Source of the DNA: Eledone cirrhosa
Lineage: Eukaryota
NCBI GenBank assembly: GCA_964016885.1
Contig: OZ024740.1
Coordinates: forward strand, 343,356,001-343,420,000
Direction of reading: 5' to 3'
DNA length: 64,000 bases
Shown here piece after piece: positions 12,028 to 26,473 of this stretch (its first letter is position 1; the number at the start of each line of letters is the position of its first letter). The position numbers were made by a program, and so were the translations under genes. The notes beneath the pieces were generated by a model, which saw nothing but the letters and a program-made list of their open reading frames with translations, was not told the DNA's origin and did not search any database.

Positions 12028-12671
12028 GAAAAAAGATGAAATCGAAAATGCAACTGGAGTCTTTTTTTTATAAAAATATGCTTTTCAAAAGTAGAATTGA
12101 GATGGAGGGTTTGTGGTTTTTCTCACATCTGGTTGGTGTTTGAATGTTACTTGTATTTTATATAGAAAAAGGTGGCTCGAAATGCTAGGTTTTTAGAGAA
12201 GTAATTTGGTTGGTGAAAAAGTATAATAAATTTCGCGCCAGTTCGCGTTACAAAGTTCTTATTATATTTGCCTTTAAAAAAAAAAGGGGGGAGGGGTGCT
12301 CTGGTTGTTTTTTTTTCATATATGAGTGAAGTTTGGTTGGTTGATGCAGTCACGTGAATAAGCACATCAATTTTCGATGTTTGAATTTCTTTTTACTTAT
12401 ACGTACCTTCAATAAAGCTGCAGTCTCTACTTTTTTACGTATGCATTGAGGCTTGTATCTCAGTTACAAAGAAAGTTAGCCATTACCAGTAATATTACAT
12501 ATGCACACACTGGCGAGTACATGCACATATATTCTTGTGCGTTTGTTCATATGGGCAAGGATTGCAGATACAAAATGAAGTACTCAATACTTCAATAACT
12601 AGAATGTGTTATATTCTGTATTTAGTAATTCAATTTCATTCTAAATCAACTGATTATTTTAGAATTTTTGC

Positions 12672-12850
12672 AGTCGAGCTCCTAGCAGTGGAGACTTCTG
12701 GTGTCTTTGGCCCTAGGGCTACCTCCCTACTTACCACCATAGGCGCTGCGCTGGCTAACCGCAGGTGTGAGCCTCATGAGATGGAATGGGTCTTCCAACA
12801 TATCTCCTTACCATCCTCCGGGGAAATGCCTTCTCCATTCTGTCCGCCAG
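12672..12850 (+). mobile_element. CRE-like non-LTR retrotransposon C-terminal fragment
   Basis: LAVETSGVFGPRATSLLTTIGAALANRRCEPHEMEWVFQHIS resembles the P.A.ET.G..GP.A..LL..IG...FQ.IS terminus of CRE-clade RLE elements. Confidence 0.6.
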
Positions 12851-13322
12851 AGCCGTGGGGCGGCCTATACGTGGGACCCCGTTTACTTATAATACAGAGA
12901 GATGTGGAGGGCGAGAGAGATGGAGGTGATGACAGTGGGAGTTCGGCTGTTCTGCGTCCGGATCTGGTGTGCAACGTCAGTTGTCCGCCTTGATATGTTC
13001 TATAGAAACTAACCATTGTAATATTGTATCACCGTTCTGAGCCCGATTCAGACATATCCGAAATAGGCGTCCAAAGAAATGTGTGCATCTAAATGCCGAC
13101 GTAGTATAATATATATATATAACACCAACCATTAGTTTTTGTTTTTCTCACTGTCCTTCGCTATAGTTGCTACCTACCTTCTTTCGCCTCTCAATATTCC
13201 TATTTCTCTACTTCTTTCTCCCTTCTCTCTCTCCCTCTCTCTATCTATTTCTTTATCTCTATCTCCTTTCTTCCCCCTCTCGCTCACTCTCTGTCTATCT
13301 CTCCTTCGCTCTTTCTTTCTCA

Positions 13323-13378
<56 letters not shown>

Positions 13379-13491
13379 CTTTATTTCGCTCTCTCTCTTT
13401 CCCACTCTCTATCTATCTCTTTATCTCTCTTTCCTTTCTCCTCCTTTCTCTTCCTCTCTCTAGTTCTTTAAATATATATATATATATATAA

Positions 13492-13933
13492 ATGCAAAAA
13501 ATGAAACGAAATTTCATTTCTCACTCTTAGTACGGTTGTTACTTAAATATAAGTATGTACACGTACATACATATATGTATACAGACGTACAGTAGTATGT
13601 CTATATTTTTTCCATTTATCGTTTTCGGTGCGCCCGGCCGATTAACTCACTCGATATGCAAATTAGGCTGCTCAGCCGTTAATATGCATAAGGAAAGTGT
13701 ATACTTTCAGACGTTCAATCATCTGGCAGGAAGGTATACGGTGCTGACGATAGCTAATAAGCTTGAAACTAGTACATCGTTCCTTTGACAGTGTTGAACA
13801 AAAGGGCAACGATGGTTGCTAAACACCGTACGGCTTAATTCGGGATGTTTGTTTACAAACAAACCGAGCATTATAATAAATGTATATATATATACATACT
13901 ACTGTACGTCTGTACACATATATGTATGTACGT

Positions 13934-13940
<7 letters not shown>
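13492..13940 (+). mobile_element. Retrozyme-like family R1, locus A (inverted 5' piece plus partial monomer)
   Basis: 13494-13603 is the reverse complement of the monomer 3' part. The forward part carries the HHR. (TA)n on both sides. Confidence 0.8.
13738..13780 (+). ncRNA. Minimal type I hammerhead ribozyme (R1)
   Basis: ACGGTG-CTGACGA-T-AGCT-AATA-AGCT-T-GAAA-CTAG-TA-CATCGT. Confidence 0.88.
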
Positions 13941-13969
<29 letters not shown>

Positions 13970-14030
13970 ATGAAGTTGATGTTTATTACGGTATGTCGAA
14001 TATATTTATCTATAAAACTGTTTATATTGT

Positions 14031-14094
14031 ATTTTGTCTGATGAAGGCATAGCATATTGTTAATATGATATCCCCGAAATATATATAATGAAAT
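14031..14094 (+). ncRNA. Type I hammerhead ribozyme in a (TA)n-flanked cassette (~13967-14137)
   Basis: ATTTTGT-CTGATGA-[14-bp stem II, 11 of 14 paired]-GAAA-TATATA-TA-ATGAAAT. Confidence 0.65.
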
Positions 14095-14132
14095 AAATAT
14101 GGTTTATAAATATAGTTTTCCATTTATTTAAT

Positions 14133-14208
<76 letters not shown>

Positions 14209-14709
14209 CCCTCTCTCTCTCCTCTTCGTTAATGATGTATATACATATCTATCACCTCCGGCGGCCATATTTCTCTTCCTCTTTTTCCCTTCTTCACAAC
14301 TACCGGTGCACCTTTCTATACTTTACTTCCTCTTTATTTCAATAGATTAACTCCGCACCAAACAGTATAGTCAGGCGAGAGAGCAGTAAATAAACCTTTC
14401 TGATAGCTTTTCAAACATAGTCACCGACGCACAGACGCTGAACAAGATAAAGCCGAACATAACAGGTACTAATAAAAAATAATAAAAAATAAATAAAAAC
14501 AAACAAACAATAAATAAATAAATAAATAGATAAATAGATAAATAGATAAATGAATAAATAAATATATATATATATAAATGACTTCACTTCCTGCAGCTAT
14601 TCCCGTCCATTGAGTTTGATATATAAAGATAGATTTCAGTAGGCTAATAAATAAAATTGTCTCTAAACAATGGATCAATGGGAAATAGCAGTTGGGTGCA
14701 TTGTGTGGT

Positions 14710-14863
14710 GTACGTACGTACGTATGTATGTATGTATGTATGTATGTATGTATGTATGTATGTATGTATGTATGTATGTATGTATGTATGTATGTATGTA
14801 TGCATGTATGTATGTATGCATGTATGTATGTATGTATGTATGTATGTATGTATGTATGTATGT
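14710..14863. repeat. (TATG)n microsatellite
   Basis: Tetranucleotide run. Confidence 0.95.
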
Positions 14864-15264
14864 ATTATTATTATTATTATTATTTTTTTTTTCTTCACGT
14901 GCAATGGCCATACTCGATAACGAGGGGGCAGCCATCATGTATGCATGTATGCATGTATGCATGTATGCATGTATGTATGTATGTATGTATGTATGTATGT
15001 ATGTGGGCGTGTATATATATATATGTTTAGATGTATGTATATGTATTTGCATGCATATGTGCGTAGTTCCATGCACGTATGCTTGCGTGTATGCATACAT
15101 TCATGCAGGTATGGTATGTATGAACGTAAATATGTTTGTATATACGTACGTACGTATATTCGAATGTTTAAGTCAGATGCCAGGTTTTTCAGTGGAATTT
15201 AGACTGTCAACGGTGTAGTAATGTATGTATATATGTCTACATACATGTTTTCGAAAGTCTACAT

Positions 15265-15470
15265 CAGCACATGACTTATGCGGCCCGCGGGCCCCATGCG
15301 GCCCTTTACGAGCACACTTGCGACCCGCACAAAGGTTTGTACAGCGCGAGCATGTTTCGTTTTCGTAAAATTAGTTGTAATGTGCGCAATAGTTGTCGTG
15401 TGTGGCCCTCAGATAACACATATGTGACCCATGTCACCCTAGGCGGACCCTCAGTTTGGCATGCCTCGTC
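15265..15470. mobile_element. Decayed hAT/Charlie-like MITE
   Basis: GCGGCCCGCGGGCC...TGCGGCCC subterminal motif and a CAGTTTGGCATGCC end, as in MER58-like MITEs. Confidence 0.5.
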
Positions 15471-15586
15471 TATACATAATAGATATATTTTTTTTATATT
15501 TATACACGTTGGTGCAGTCTTGGTTACATATTCTGTAATTATACAGATATACCTTCATCTTACACTTCGGATGCTAGCGCACTTCT

Positions 15587-15713
<127 letters not shown>

Positions 15714-17583
15714 ATATATATATACACATGTGGGTGTGTATGTGTGTGTGTGTGCGTGCGCGCGTGTGTGTATCTGTGTATGTTGTTGATGTTTACTTCG
15801 TTAATGTATTATAGGAATCTCAACAAAATTTCAAAATTTTTGATAACTCAGCAGTCAAGTAGATCATAAAAATAATTAAAAGTTAATTAAAAGAAAATGC
15901 ACGAATGGATTTATTATTGAGATATTTCTAGCACGTTTAGCAAAGAAAGAAAATGGATTATTCCCTGGAAAAAAAAACGATATGGCTACATCAAAAGGTA
16001 GTACTTTATCACTATTGTAGCTGTTACTGTTGTCAAGCTCTAGGTCAGCCTTGCTAGAGTAGTAGACCTGTAGCACGTAAGTAGTCAAATTATAATACGA
16101 TGCCTTAAAAGGCGTGTAAGTTGGAGACGACTCGTGGTAAAAGTTGCGCAAATTGTGATTGGTCACGTAAGGTAGAAGAGTTGGTGGTGTTTGAGGTTGT
16201 GAGCAAGGTAATTAATTATGAGAAAAGTGAGTAGTCGAGGGCGAGTATAAAGAATTTGGGCAATAACACTGTGTTACTTTTCAAGTGAAAGTTTATTGAA
16301 ACATATACTGTTTAGGACCGCCATTGCTTGAATTTGTCCGCCATTGCTTGAATTTGTTTGTTTTAAAGGGATCTGAATGTAAACAGCTTTGTTTATTCTG
16401 GCTTATTGTGAAGATGAAGAAGAAAATGAATTGTTAGATTTGTTGAAGAATCGGATGGGATGTCTTACTGTACCTCTTCTGGTTCTTTGCGTTCTGAGTT
16501 CTTGGGTGGTAGACTTAATCTGTCAGACGTTTTAGCACCACACCTGGTTTTTGAGAATCTTTAGCGAGGTTCAATGAAGAATGAGTTTAACATATCTGCT
16601 AAAGAATAAGCTAAGCACGCAGGCATTAACGTTGGCACGAATTTGAAGAAAATAAAGTTGCTCATCAGTAATAAATCACATGTTTTAATCAAGAGAAGGA
16701 GTCTCAATTTATACATTGACTCAAAATAAAATTAAATCCGTTTTTTCTCCTTCCCTCCGATATATCATTGAATAATCTTTATATCAATACATTAAAACGT
16801 GTTTGGAACATAAACCAGCATCTATCACTACCCATCCATCCGTATTTACAGCTCAATATCGTATCCATCCAGCCATCCTTCCACCTCTAATTTTCTACCA
16901 TAATCTGTTCTTCATTTCATCAATATCCACCATTTCAGTCCATCGTTCTGATATATGCAGCCACTCCATAAAGGGAAAAGAATATTCAATTTCGAACATT
17001 GCCATCACTTGATCCTTTTCTCACACATGGGTGGCATGAACATGACATTTTAAACCCGCTAAAAACATATATTCCTTTCTGCCTTGAAAGAAAATAAGAA
17101 AAGCCTTTTTCGGCTAAGACAGCTCTGCTCATGCAACACACATGAAAGATGTTTAGATCAAGTGATGCATGTACTTGAAACTATTTTAAGTGAAGAAGAC
17201 ATAGCACTGGACAAACACCACGTTCTGAACAACGGTTAGAAGTATCCAAAAAAGAAGAGCAGGCCAACACCATTGGTTGTCATTGGTCCCAGATTTTACA
17301 GTAGAGTTTTCCTTCTCTAAAATGATGTCCAAAAAAGAATCAGGGTTTCACTATCAGTTGGCTGACCGGATGCTAGAGAACCATACATATTAACATACAT
17401 ACATACACATATACATATATACATATATTCAGACGCACACAAACACACACGCACATATACGTGTGTGTGAAGGCCCAGGGCTTAGCGGTTAGGGTGTTTG
17501 GCTCATGTCATTTATTTCTATTATGATCATTTGCTTTAGGATGCATGCATTTCAAATGTTCCATATGCATCATAAGTCAACCG

Positions 17584-17633
<50 letters not shown>

Positions 17634-20560
17634 AGGGTGTCCTAAAAAATGTATACATACTTCAACAGCATTCTAATCAAGGTGTTAATATATATATATA
17701 TTTTTTGTGGGGGGGGGGGGATTCTGTATATATAGTTCTTCTCAGTAAAGACTGATCTGTAGTTAAACAATAACAACCACGACAACAATATTAACTCGTT
17801 TACGCCAGACCTTTATGAATCCCTATTAATCCGAAGCTCGTGCAAGTAATCAATGGCAAACTCGTCAGTAGACATGTTTTGTTCACTGTACTAGGAAACA
17901 ATATCATATAGTATAGTGGTGTGTATGAGGCTTTTGCGTTTCGTGTGTATAACGATTTAGTATATAAATTAGGAAGATTCATACTACATATTGAACTGAA
18001 AATTGTTTTTGCAAAGAGTTTATACGAGGAATTCGTTTCAGGAAAATACGTTATGTTTGTCACAATGAACCATTCCTGTCACAAACGTTGTGGGCTAGAA
18101 GCCTCACTGTCAGTTTGACACATGAGGAATTCAATAGTTATCTCTTGTACCCTAATGGCGAATACATTTGAAAACAGATGCTATCTCTCTCTCTCTCTCC
18201 CTCTCCCCCCTCTCTCTCTCTCTAAGATCCAAAAGAGCCTATTATCTTTATCTTATGCTCTCTAGTTCAAATCCACTTATTTTTCTATACATGTTTAGTA
18301 GTGAGATATACAATCTTATACACAGCCGTTCACCCTGCGAAATCTTCTGCAGATCATATCCCATCGCTTTAAGGGAATAAAAAAAGGTTACTTTGATACA
18401 TTGCCCAAAATAACGACTGATCGTCCACAACTGGAATACCTTTGATCATTGTTCTACTAATTCAGCACTCATCTAATCAACTTATTAATCGAACAAATAA
18501 AGTAGCTACTAAGCAGGAGCTCGACAAACATGAAATCCCAACGAAATCTTCCTCAACCCATACCTTACTGTCTTTAAAATTTAATTCTAGATACACTATG
18601 TTTAATGACATGTCTGCTGAATGAAGGTTGATCTTAGATTTACTAACAACAACAATAATAAAACAACAACCTATTATCATTAAATATATTTTCTATCAGG
18701 TTTATTATAAATAATATCATAGTGGTCTGCTCCAAATTTAAAACCAAGTTTTTGTTTGGATAATAAATTATCGACTTTTGGGGTGGTCTAAAATATCTAC
18801 GCTTTTGGTATTATGAAGAGGTATAATCGATTAATTCGAATATATTTTTGTTAAATATTTTATATACCACCAGCAACTCTTGGGAAGTAGACCTAATCCG
18901 TTGTCTGGTTTATCATCACATCTTTGCCCTTGGGTAACTTTAGCAGAGAACACTCCTTTGAAACTGTGCAGGCTGGTATAAATATTGATAAATCGAAATC
19001 TTTATGCACTGCTATAGTAACAGCCCATTTCTCTCTTTATCCCATCTGCTTTGGAGGCCATGTAAGGCTAATGGAAGCTGTCTTTCCTTCCGTGACTAAT
19101 ATGTTAAGCAAATTAATTTAATGCGATTAGAACCTCAACGTGGCTCAACAGTGAACTAGCTGACGTAGGTTTAATGTTGCTTCTGCCCTAGCATTTATCT
19201 TGCTTCCAGCGCAGGATTCGCATTTATAACATCAGGCCCGTAATAGGGGTTAGAATTTTAATTCAGAATTCAAAGAGAAGGAACAGATACGAGAAAGCAT
19301 CTCACCTCATGCTCTAACATTTCCGTCATTCTACACTCTGGTATTTTACTTAACGACCTCGGCGAGATTTGAACTCAGAACACAGAAAATCCAAACTTCC
19401 CTCAGATAAGCAATTAAACTATCGGTCTCAGAGATTTTCAGTCAAATGTTTTGTTGTGCAGCTCTGAACAAAAGACATGTTTAGATTCTTATATCATGAA
19501 GGTGTGTGGCTTATTGGTTAGGGTGTTTGGCTCATAAGGCGGCGATTCAATCAACTAATCCTGAAAATTAATTTAACTTGACGCTGAATCTTCCCCAGAA
19601 CTACATTAAGCGTATACTTTTTTAAGAAATGCCCAGGCAAAACGGGTTATTTTCAAAAATTGGCTGTTCTGTTTGTGAAACAGTTAAAACACTAAATGTC
19701 TGAACCGACAGAGGTCCAACGCATACAAACACATATTCATGTATCTGGTTTGAGAGAGCTGCCAGAGTGAAACTACCAGCGTTTCAGAAGGAAGGTAAGG
19801 GTGGAGAGAGAGGTGCTACACCCCAGTAAATTCACTGAAAGGTGGGTGAATGTGGCAAAAATGGCCCGAGTGAATGGGCCTTCTCTGTATATAGACCTGT
19901 AGGTTGAGGAAGATAAACAGAGGGAAGACAGGAACACCTACAAAACGTGTTCCTGGTATTGAGGGTTGTTCTATCCACGGGGTGTAAAACAACCCTGCAG
20001 TAACGTTCCCCCCTATTGGGGATTTCAATTTTTTTAAATTATATATAGTTTATTGTTATTTATTAATGTTAAAGTTATTTTTATGTAAAACCCCCGCCGT
20101 CACGTCTTGTAATGTCCAATTTTTGTACGCCCCTGTGGCAAATAAAGAAAGATATCTATAGTGAGCGAAATATATCTTATCCTCGGCGTGATTCTTACGG
20201 AAACCAATAATAATTGCCTGCCTTGAGATTCACCAAAAAGACAGATTTTAACAACTTAAACTACTCTCTCCTCTAATCTCTTCTGTGACTCCTCAATTGA
20301 TATCACTTCACACATGGCTATATAGTATTCGGAGAAAGTCTACTGGGTATAGAACATGAACCACCATCACATTTTTAAAAACCATCTTAATTTACCGTAA
20401 ATAAACTAAACTTAAAGATTTTTTTTCTTCTTCTGCCAAACACGGGCACCTGTTCCCATATCAAGTTCTTGTTGTTGTTGCCGGTCTTGTTGTTGTTGTT
20501 GTTGTCTTCCTTACAACACGACCACACCACTACTACAGCTGCTGCTGCTGCTACTGAGAT

Positions 20561-20597
<37 letters not shown>

Positions 20598-20598
20598 G

Positions 20599-20642
<44 letters not shown>

Positions 20643-20744
20643 GCTACTGCTACTACTACTATCACTATAAGTGTGTGGGGACACACATAAATACATACAC
20701 ACACACATACAAACACAAAAATATATGTATATATATATATATGT

Positions 20745-21006
20745 GTATGAGTGTATATGTGTATATGTGTGTATGAGTGTATATGTGTGTATGAGTGTAT
20801 ATGTGTATATGTGTGTATGAGTGTATATGTGTATATGTGTATATGTGTGTATGAGTGTATATGTGTGTATGAGTGTATATGTGTGTATGAGTGTATATGT
20901 GTGTATGAGTGTATATGTGTATATGTGTGTATGAGTGTATATGTGTATATGTGTGTATGAGTGTATATGTGTGTATGAGTGTATATGTGTGTATGAGTGT
21001 ATATGT

Positions 21007-21010
<4 letters not shown>
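20745..21010. repeat. Minisatellite with ~18-bp unit ATGAGTGTATATGTGTGT
   Basis: Repeated unit with occasional internal duplications. Confidence 0.85.
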
Positions 21011-21042
<32 letters not shown>

Positions 21043-21492
21043 GCTTGTGTCTGTGTCAGTTGATATCCCGTAGCATTGCAGTTCGACAAAGAGGAATCAA
21101 TAAAATAAGGACTGGGCCGAAATGGTCAACTAAATCAAGGTGGTGCTCCAGTATGACCGCAGCCTAATGTCCGAAAGAAGTAAATAAGTATAAAAGAGTA
21201 TATAAATGTATGTACATATATGTATATATATATGTGTGTAGGGGGAATATGCGTGGGTGCATGTAGGTATATGTGTGTGTGTTCGTTAACTAAAGCTACA
21301 GATGTGTCTAAATTGGTTGAGTGATGGCGAGAACCCCCCCCCCCCCGGAAAACTTAAAAAAAAAATATCTGTCTCAAGCTGAAATCACAGATCAAAAGGA
21401 GTAAAAGAAAAATACTTCAACAAAATAAGAAATTGAAATAAATAAAATACAAATTTAGTGTTGTTATTATTGTTATTGGACCGTTACAGAAG

Positions 21493-21678
<186 letters not shown>

Positions 21679-22715
21679 TGCCGCTGATGGAAGTTTGTAC
21701 TTCGCTGAAAATTGATATTGTTCAAAAGTTAGGAATGAAATTAATTTTGTTACTTGGTCCATCTGCCTAAATACCAATACATACAAAACTGAATCTAAGC
21801 TAACTAGAGAGAAAATATAAAGGCAAAAAAAAAAAAGGAAAAAAAAAGAATGAAAAGATAGAAAGAAGTAAAAGAAATTCGAAAGCTTATTATCGAACAG
21901 AAAATAAACCCAAACCATAAGATCGTATAAAATTCGCACGGAGAATATATAACAGTCCACTCGCGACCAGAGTAGTTGAAATATCCTCCTATCCTTTGAT
22001 ATATATGAAGTAGATTGATGTCGGCTTCCTCTAACGTTTGTTTTATCCTCGAGAGGATGGTAAGGATTAATAATGTCACGATGTGATGACGGCTTGGAAA
22101 AAAATATTGACTGAAAAGGTCCTTCTCGGTTCAGCGATAAAAATTCTGATGGAGTCGGTTGATTTTCTTTTTTCTTTTTTTTTTTTTATCGGATAGTCAG
22201 GAATGGCGAGCCGGTTAAAACGTCCTGTAGTACGGTGTGTGGTAGGTATTTCATCTCGCTCTCTGCGATCAGAGTTCGCCCTTTTAAAATCTATAAATAA
22301 AGTGCCAGTTCAATACTGGGATCGATACTTCCACTGTATTTTCTCAGTTCTCACCCTCTTTAATTTGCTGGAAATAAATCGGCGGTGTTCTGAGCTGGAG
22401 AGGAGTGGGCTCCTCTATGTTTAAATGCCCAAGACGTATGTAACGGCAGTACCCACTACGACTCCATTAAGAGTTATAAGAGTTATGAGCCCATCACTTA
22501 ACATGGCAGTCAGTGGAGGAAAATATCACATATGACCTTTAATTGCAGGACTCTGAGACTGGTGGGAGAACTAGAGACTTGATTCAAATGATTGCCACAG
22601 AGGAGCACACCGTTAAACGCACCAAATATATTAGCTGTTAGTATTAAGCCGGGTGAGGGTTTATGCCTACCACAATCAAGGTTGATGAAATAAATACTAG
22701 TAATATAAAACCTCA

Positions 22716-23043
22716 TGGTTTAGTGGTTAGAGTGTTGTGCTTACAATCGCGAGGTTGTGAGTTCGATTTCCGGACCGGGTGATGCGTTGTGTCCTTGAGC
22801 AAGACACTATGTTTCATGTTCTTCCAGTTTACTCAGTTGTAGAAATGAGTTCCAACGTCACTGATGCCAAGCTGCATCGGCATTTGCCTTATCCTCGGAT
22901 AACATCCGTGTCGTGGATAGGGGAGACTGGTGTGTATGAGCAACTGCTGGTTTCCACAAACAACCTTACCCAGACTTGTTCCTCGTAGGGGAACTTTCTA
23001 GGTGCAATTCCCATGGTCATTCGTGACCGAAGGGGGCTTTATC
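22716..23043 (+). mobile_element. tRNA-derived SINE with V-domain-like core
   Basis: A box TGGTTTAGTGG, B box GAGTTCGATTTC, motif GTTGTGTCCTTGAGCAAGACACT. Possible TSD AACCTCA. Confidence 0.7.
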
Positions 23044-23516
23044 TTACAACCTCAATTTATTCTTTGTAACCGTTTCTTTCAGATCGTGGAGTGACTGAGA
23101 AAGTCGGTTGCTGGGATAGATGAATGTCAGTTTTTTAGTATTCATTTGATTTTTAAGTACTGAATTCTATCTCGCCTAGGTCGATTCTAATATTCAACTT
23201 TCCAGGTACTTTTAGTAATTCTTTCACTAATAACTGTTTCCAATTCTTTCACTAATAACACGATCATGTTCCAACGAACGAGGAAGTTCAACGTGAATCA
23301 CAGAGAAAACCACTACGTGGTTACACATCCTGCTAGAAATAACAACCAATTAAAGACACGTCTTTAATAAAATGGTAATACACATTAATTAATATAGTGC
23401 AGCCGAAACTATGACTAAAAGCACAGCATGAGGTGGCTAGAGCTGCAATGACTATAATTATAAGCCTGTTAATTCAGGGTTAATATGGCACTGTGCAACA
23501 ACATATTGTTTTGCTA

Positions 23517-23660
<144 letters not shown>

Positions 23661-23915
23661 TGAAAGGTCGTTGCATTAATGTCCACTTTTAAATCCAGAT
23701 TTAAGCGACCCAGTCCAGTTCGCAGTCAGTCACACTATAACATGGCAGTGTTCCTGTATTCAAGTGGTGCTAAACGAGAAAACAAAAATCCTTCGACTAT
23801 AATAAAGCAAACAGCATATAAAGATGTATTGGGATATTTAGAATACGTTTCTGCCTTGAAACGTTAATTATTCTTCATTTGAGATCAGACCGTTTTAAAA
23901 CTGTTACCATTACAG

Positions 23916-23967
<52 letters not shown>

Positions 23968-24214
23968 ACACACACACACACACACATATAGGAACATATA
24001 GTCCAGAATTAGCCGTCGAAACGGGTTGAGCTCTGCCGTCGGGGCCATACTTGTTCCTATTACCCACTCTAATACCCTAAGTATTGAGTACTTTGGTGCG
24101 TTATGGTCCATCTGGTTCCTTACCACATTTCCTTCGTTATATATATATATAGATAGATATAAAAAGAGTCAGGACCCCGACGGCTGAGCTCTGGCCGTTT
24201 CGACAGATAGATCC

Positions 24215-24299
<85 letters not shown>

Positions 24300-24474
24300 T
24301 ATATGTAGATGTGTATACAAATGAATGAAAATAGTAATAAACACAGTACATTATATTTTATGCTTTTGCGGTCTTGTCCACAGCGCCGTGCCCATCATAC
24401 CTTCCCCTCCCATTCTTCTGTGACCCATGAGCCTTTCCTTTCTATGAATTATTCTCCACGTGCATCAATTTTAA

Positions 24475-24661
24475 ATAATTGTTTCTACTTTTGGCACAAG
24501 GCCAGCAATTACCCAGTACAACACTGATACTTTATTTTATCGACCCTGTAAGGATGAAAGGCAAATTTAACCTCGACGGGATTCGAACTCAGCACGTAAA
24601 GGGCCATAACTCCATGCTGAAAAGCATGTTGTCTGACGCTCTACCGGTACTGCCAATCCAC
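24475..24661 (-). mobile_element. SINE family S1 with TSD
   Basis: S1 sequence. CAATTTTAAATAAT duplicated at 24466-24479 and 24662-24675. Confidence 0.85.
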
Positions 24662-25190
24662 CAATTTTAAATAATGAATATGCTGCTTTCTATATTCCAA
24701 TAAATAACTACTTTAGTCCCTTAAATTATCTACCACAGCAGAACATTTTAGATGTTATTAGGAAGTCGAAGGGAAATTTGACTGTTGTTTCTAACAGCCA
24801 AGCGAACGCATTGATGTTCTGTTGTTTCGTGATACAGTAGTAATCTGATACTGAATGCTAAGCCCCGTCAATCTCTGCAATCTGGTTCAATATTAGCGAA
24901 GTAGCGTTGTCTATGTGATGACAAGTCAGAGGAAGAATGAATTCCGCCTCCTTACACTGACAAACTGACAACTAGTTGTGTATCACTCCTACCATGTAGC
25001 TCGATCTCTTGAACTACCCATTAATCTCCATTAACGTGCGTCGTTCTAATTATGAGGGAAATATGTCATCACTGTGTATGTGTGTGGTGAATGTGTGAAT
25101 ATATATATATATAAATATGTATATATGTATACATATATATGTAAACGTATGTATGTATATATATGTAAAAGTATGTATGTGTATATATAT

Positions 25191-25277
<87 letters not shown>

Positions 25278-25585
25278 GGTAGTATGTATATATATATATA
25301 TACATATGTGTGTGTGTATGTGTGTATGAGTGAGTGTGTGTGTATATACGCACACATACACGCATAAACGTATACACACAGACATACACGTATACATATA
25401 TTCAGATATGTATATAAATAAATGAAAAGAAACAACAATATATTGTGAAATTTAAATATATATTGAGAGTTTCACTTAGTTGTGCATTACTTTAAGTTTC
25501 TTGAACATGCAGATATACATCCACGAAACTTAAAGTAATTTGGGACTAAATATCTCTCAATAAATAAACATTTTAACATTTTAAT

Positions 25586-25846
25586 TATGGGATGTGGTTA
25601 GAATGTCTCAGGAAAGAATTGCTAGACAGATTTTACCGGCAAAACCAGCGGGCAGGAGAGCCAGGGGTAGACCCCGAGCAAGATGCTTGGATAGCATCCA
25701 TGTGCTTGGCTGGTCTTGCTTGGGGATCCAACCTTATCAGCTGGAGACGGTTGCTTCTGACAGGGAGTAACCGTGTTTGAGGACTCTATCTCCAGCAACC
25801 TCTCGGGAATAAGTGGGCAAAGAAGAAGAAGAAGAAGAAGAAGAAG
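25586..25846 (+). mobile_element. RTE-clade LINE 3' remnant with (AAG)n tail
   Basis: An alternative frame reads VVRMSQERIARQILPAKPAGRRARGRPRAR. Same family as 49760-50165. Confidence 0.7.
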
Positions 25847-26167
25847 ATCAACAACAACAACAGCAACATTTATACGATGAAAATAAATTTATATTAAAAA
25901 AATATGAACTCGTAAAATAATTTTAGCATAACATTTGCCGGTTAGTAAATGTTAAAAAGAGGTGATCGCTGGAACACATAGAAATAGCACCAAAAATAAT
26001 TCTTTTTAACATAAGCACAAAACCAGCAATTTGTGGGAAGGGGAAAGACCCTGTAATGTTGAAAAGTTAAGTTGAAGCCAGAACGTGCAAAGAGATTGAC
26101 TAAATACCGCAAACATTTTGTCCATCACTCTACCAATACAGTTAATCCACAAACCTTCCCTGAAAAA

Positions 26168-26473
26168 ATAATGGTTTCTGATTTAGGCACAAGGCCAACA
26201 ATTTTAGGGGAGGCGAAGTCGATTAAATCGACCCTGTAAGGATGAAAGGCAAAGCTAAACTCGGTGGGATTTTAATTCAGAACATAAAGGGCCGTAACTC
26301 TATGCTACGAAGCATGGTGTCCGACGCTCTACCGATACTGCCAATCCAAATGTTACGAATAATTGTTTATATTTTAGGCACAAGGCCAGCAAATATCCAG
26401 TGCATTACTGGTACTTTATTTTATCGACCCCGTAAGAATGAAAGGCAAAGTTAACTTCGGCGGGATTTGAACT
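26168..26473 (-). mobile_element. Two adjacent S1-type SINEs (older copy plus 5'-truncated copy with TSD)
   Basis: S1 bodies. AATGTTACGAATAAT duplicated at 26348-26362 and 26475-26489. Confidence 0.75.

Noticed and set aside
16069-16680. Solo-LTR-like segment (TGT...ACA, TATA-like and AATAAA motifs)
   Set aside because: No TSD, no second copy and no PBS/PPT visible. The similar stretches at 43859-44120 and 14205-14464 fail for the same reasons.
17775-17875. Minus-strand CTGACGA followed by a GTTTGCCA/TGGCGTAAAC stem
   Set aside because: GAAA is missing (GAGT instead) and there is no stem I partner.
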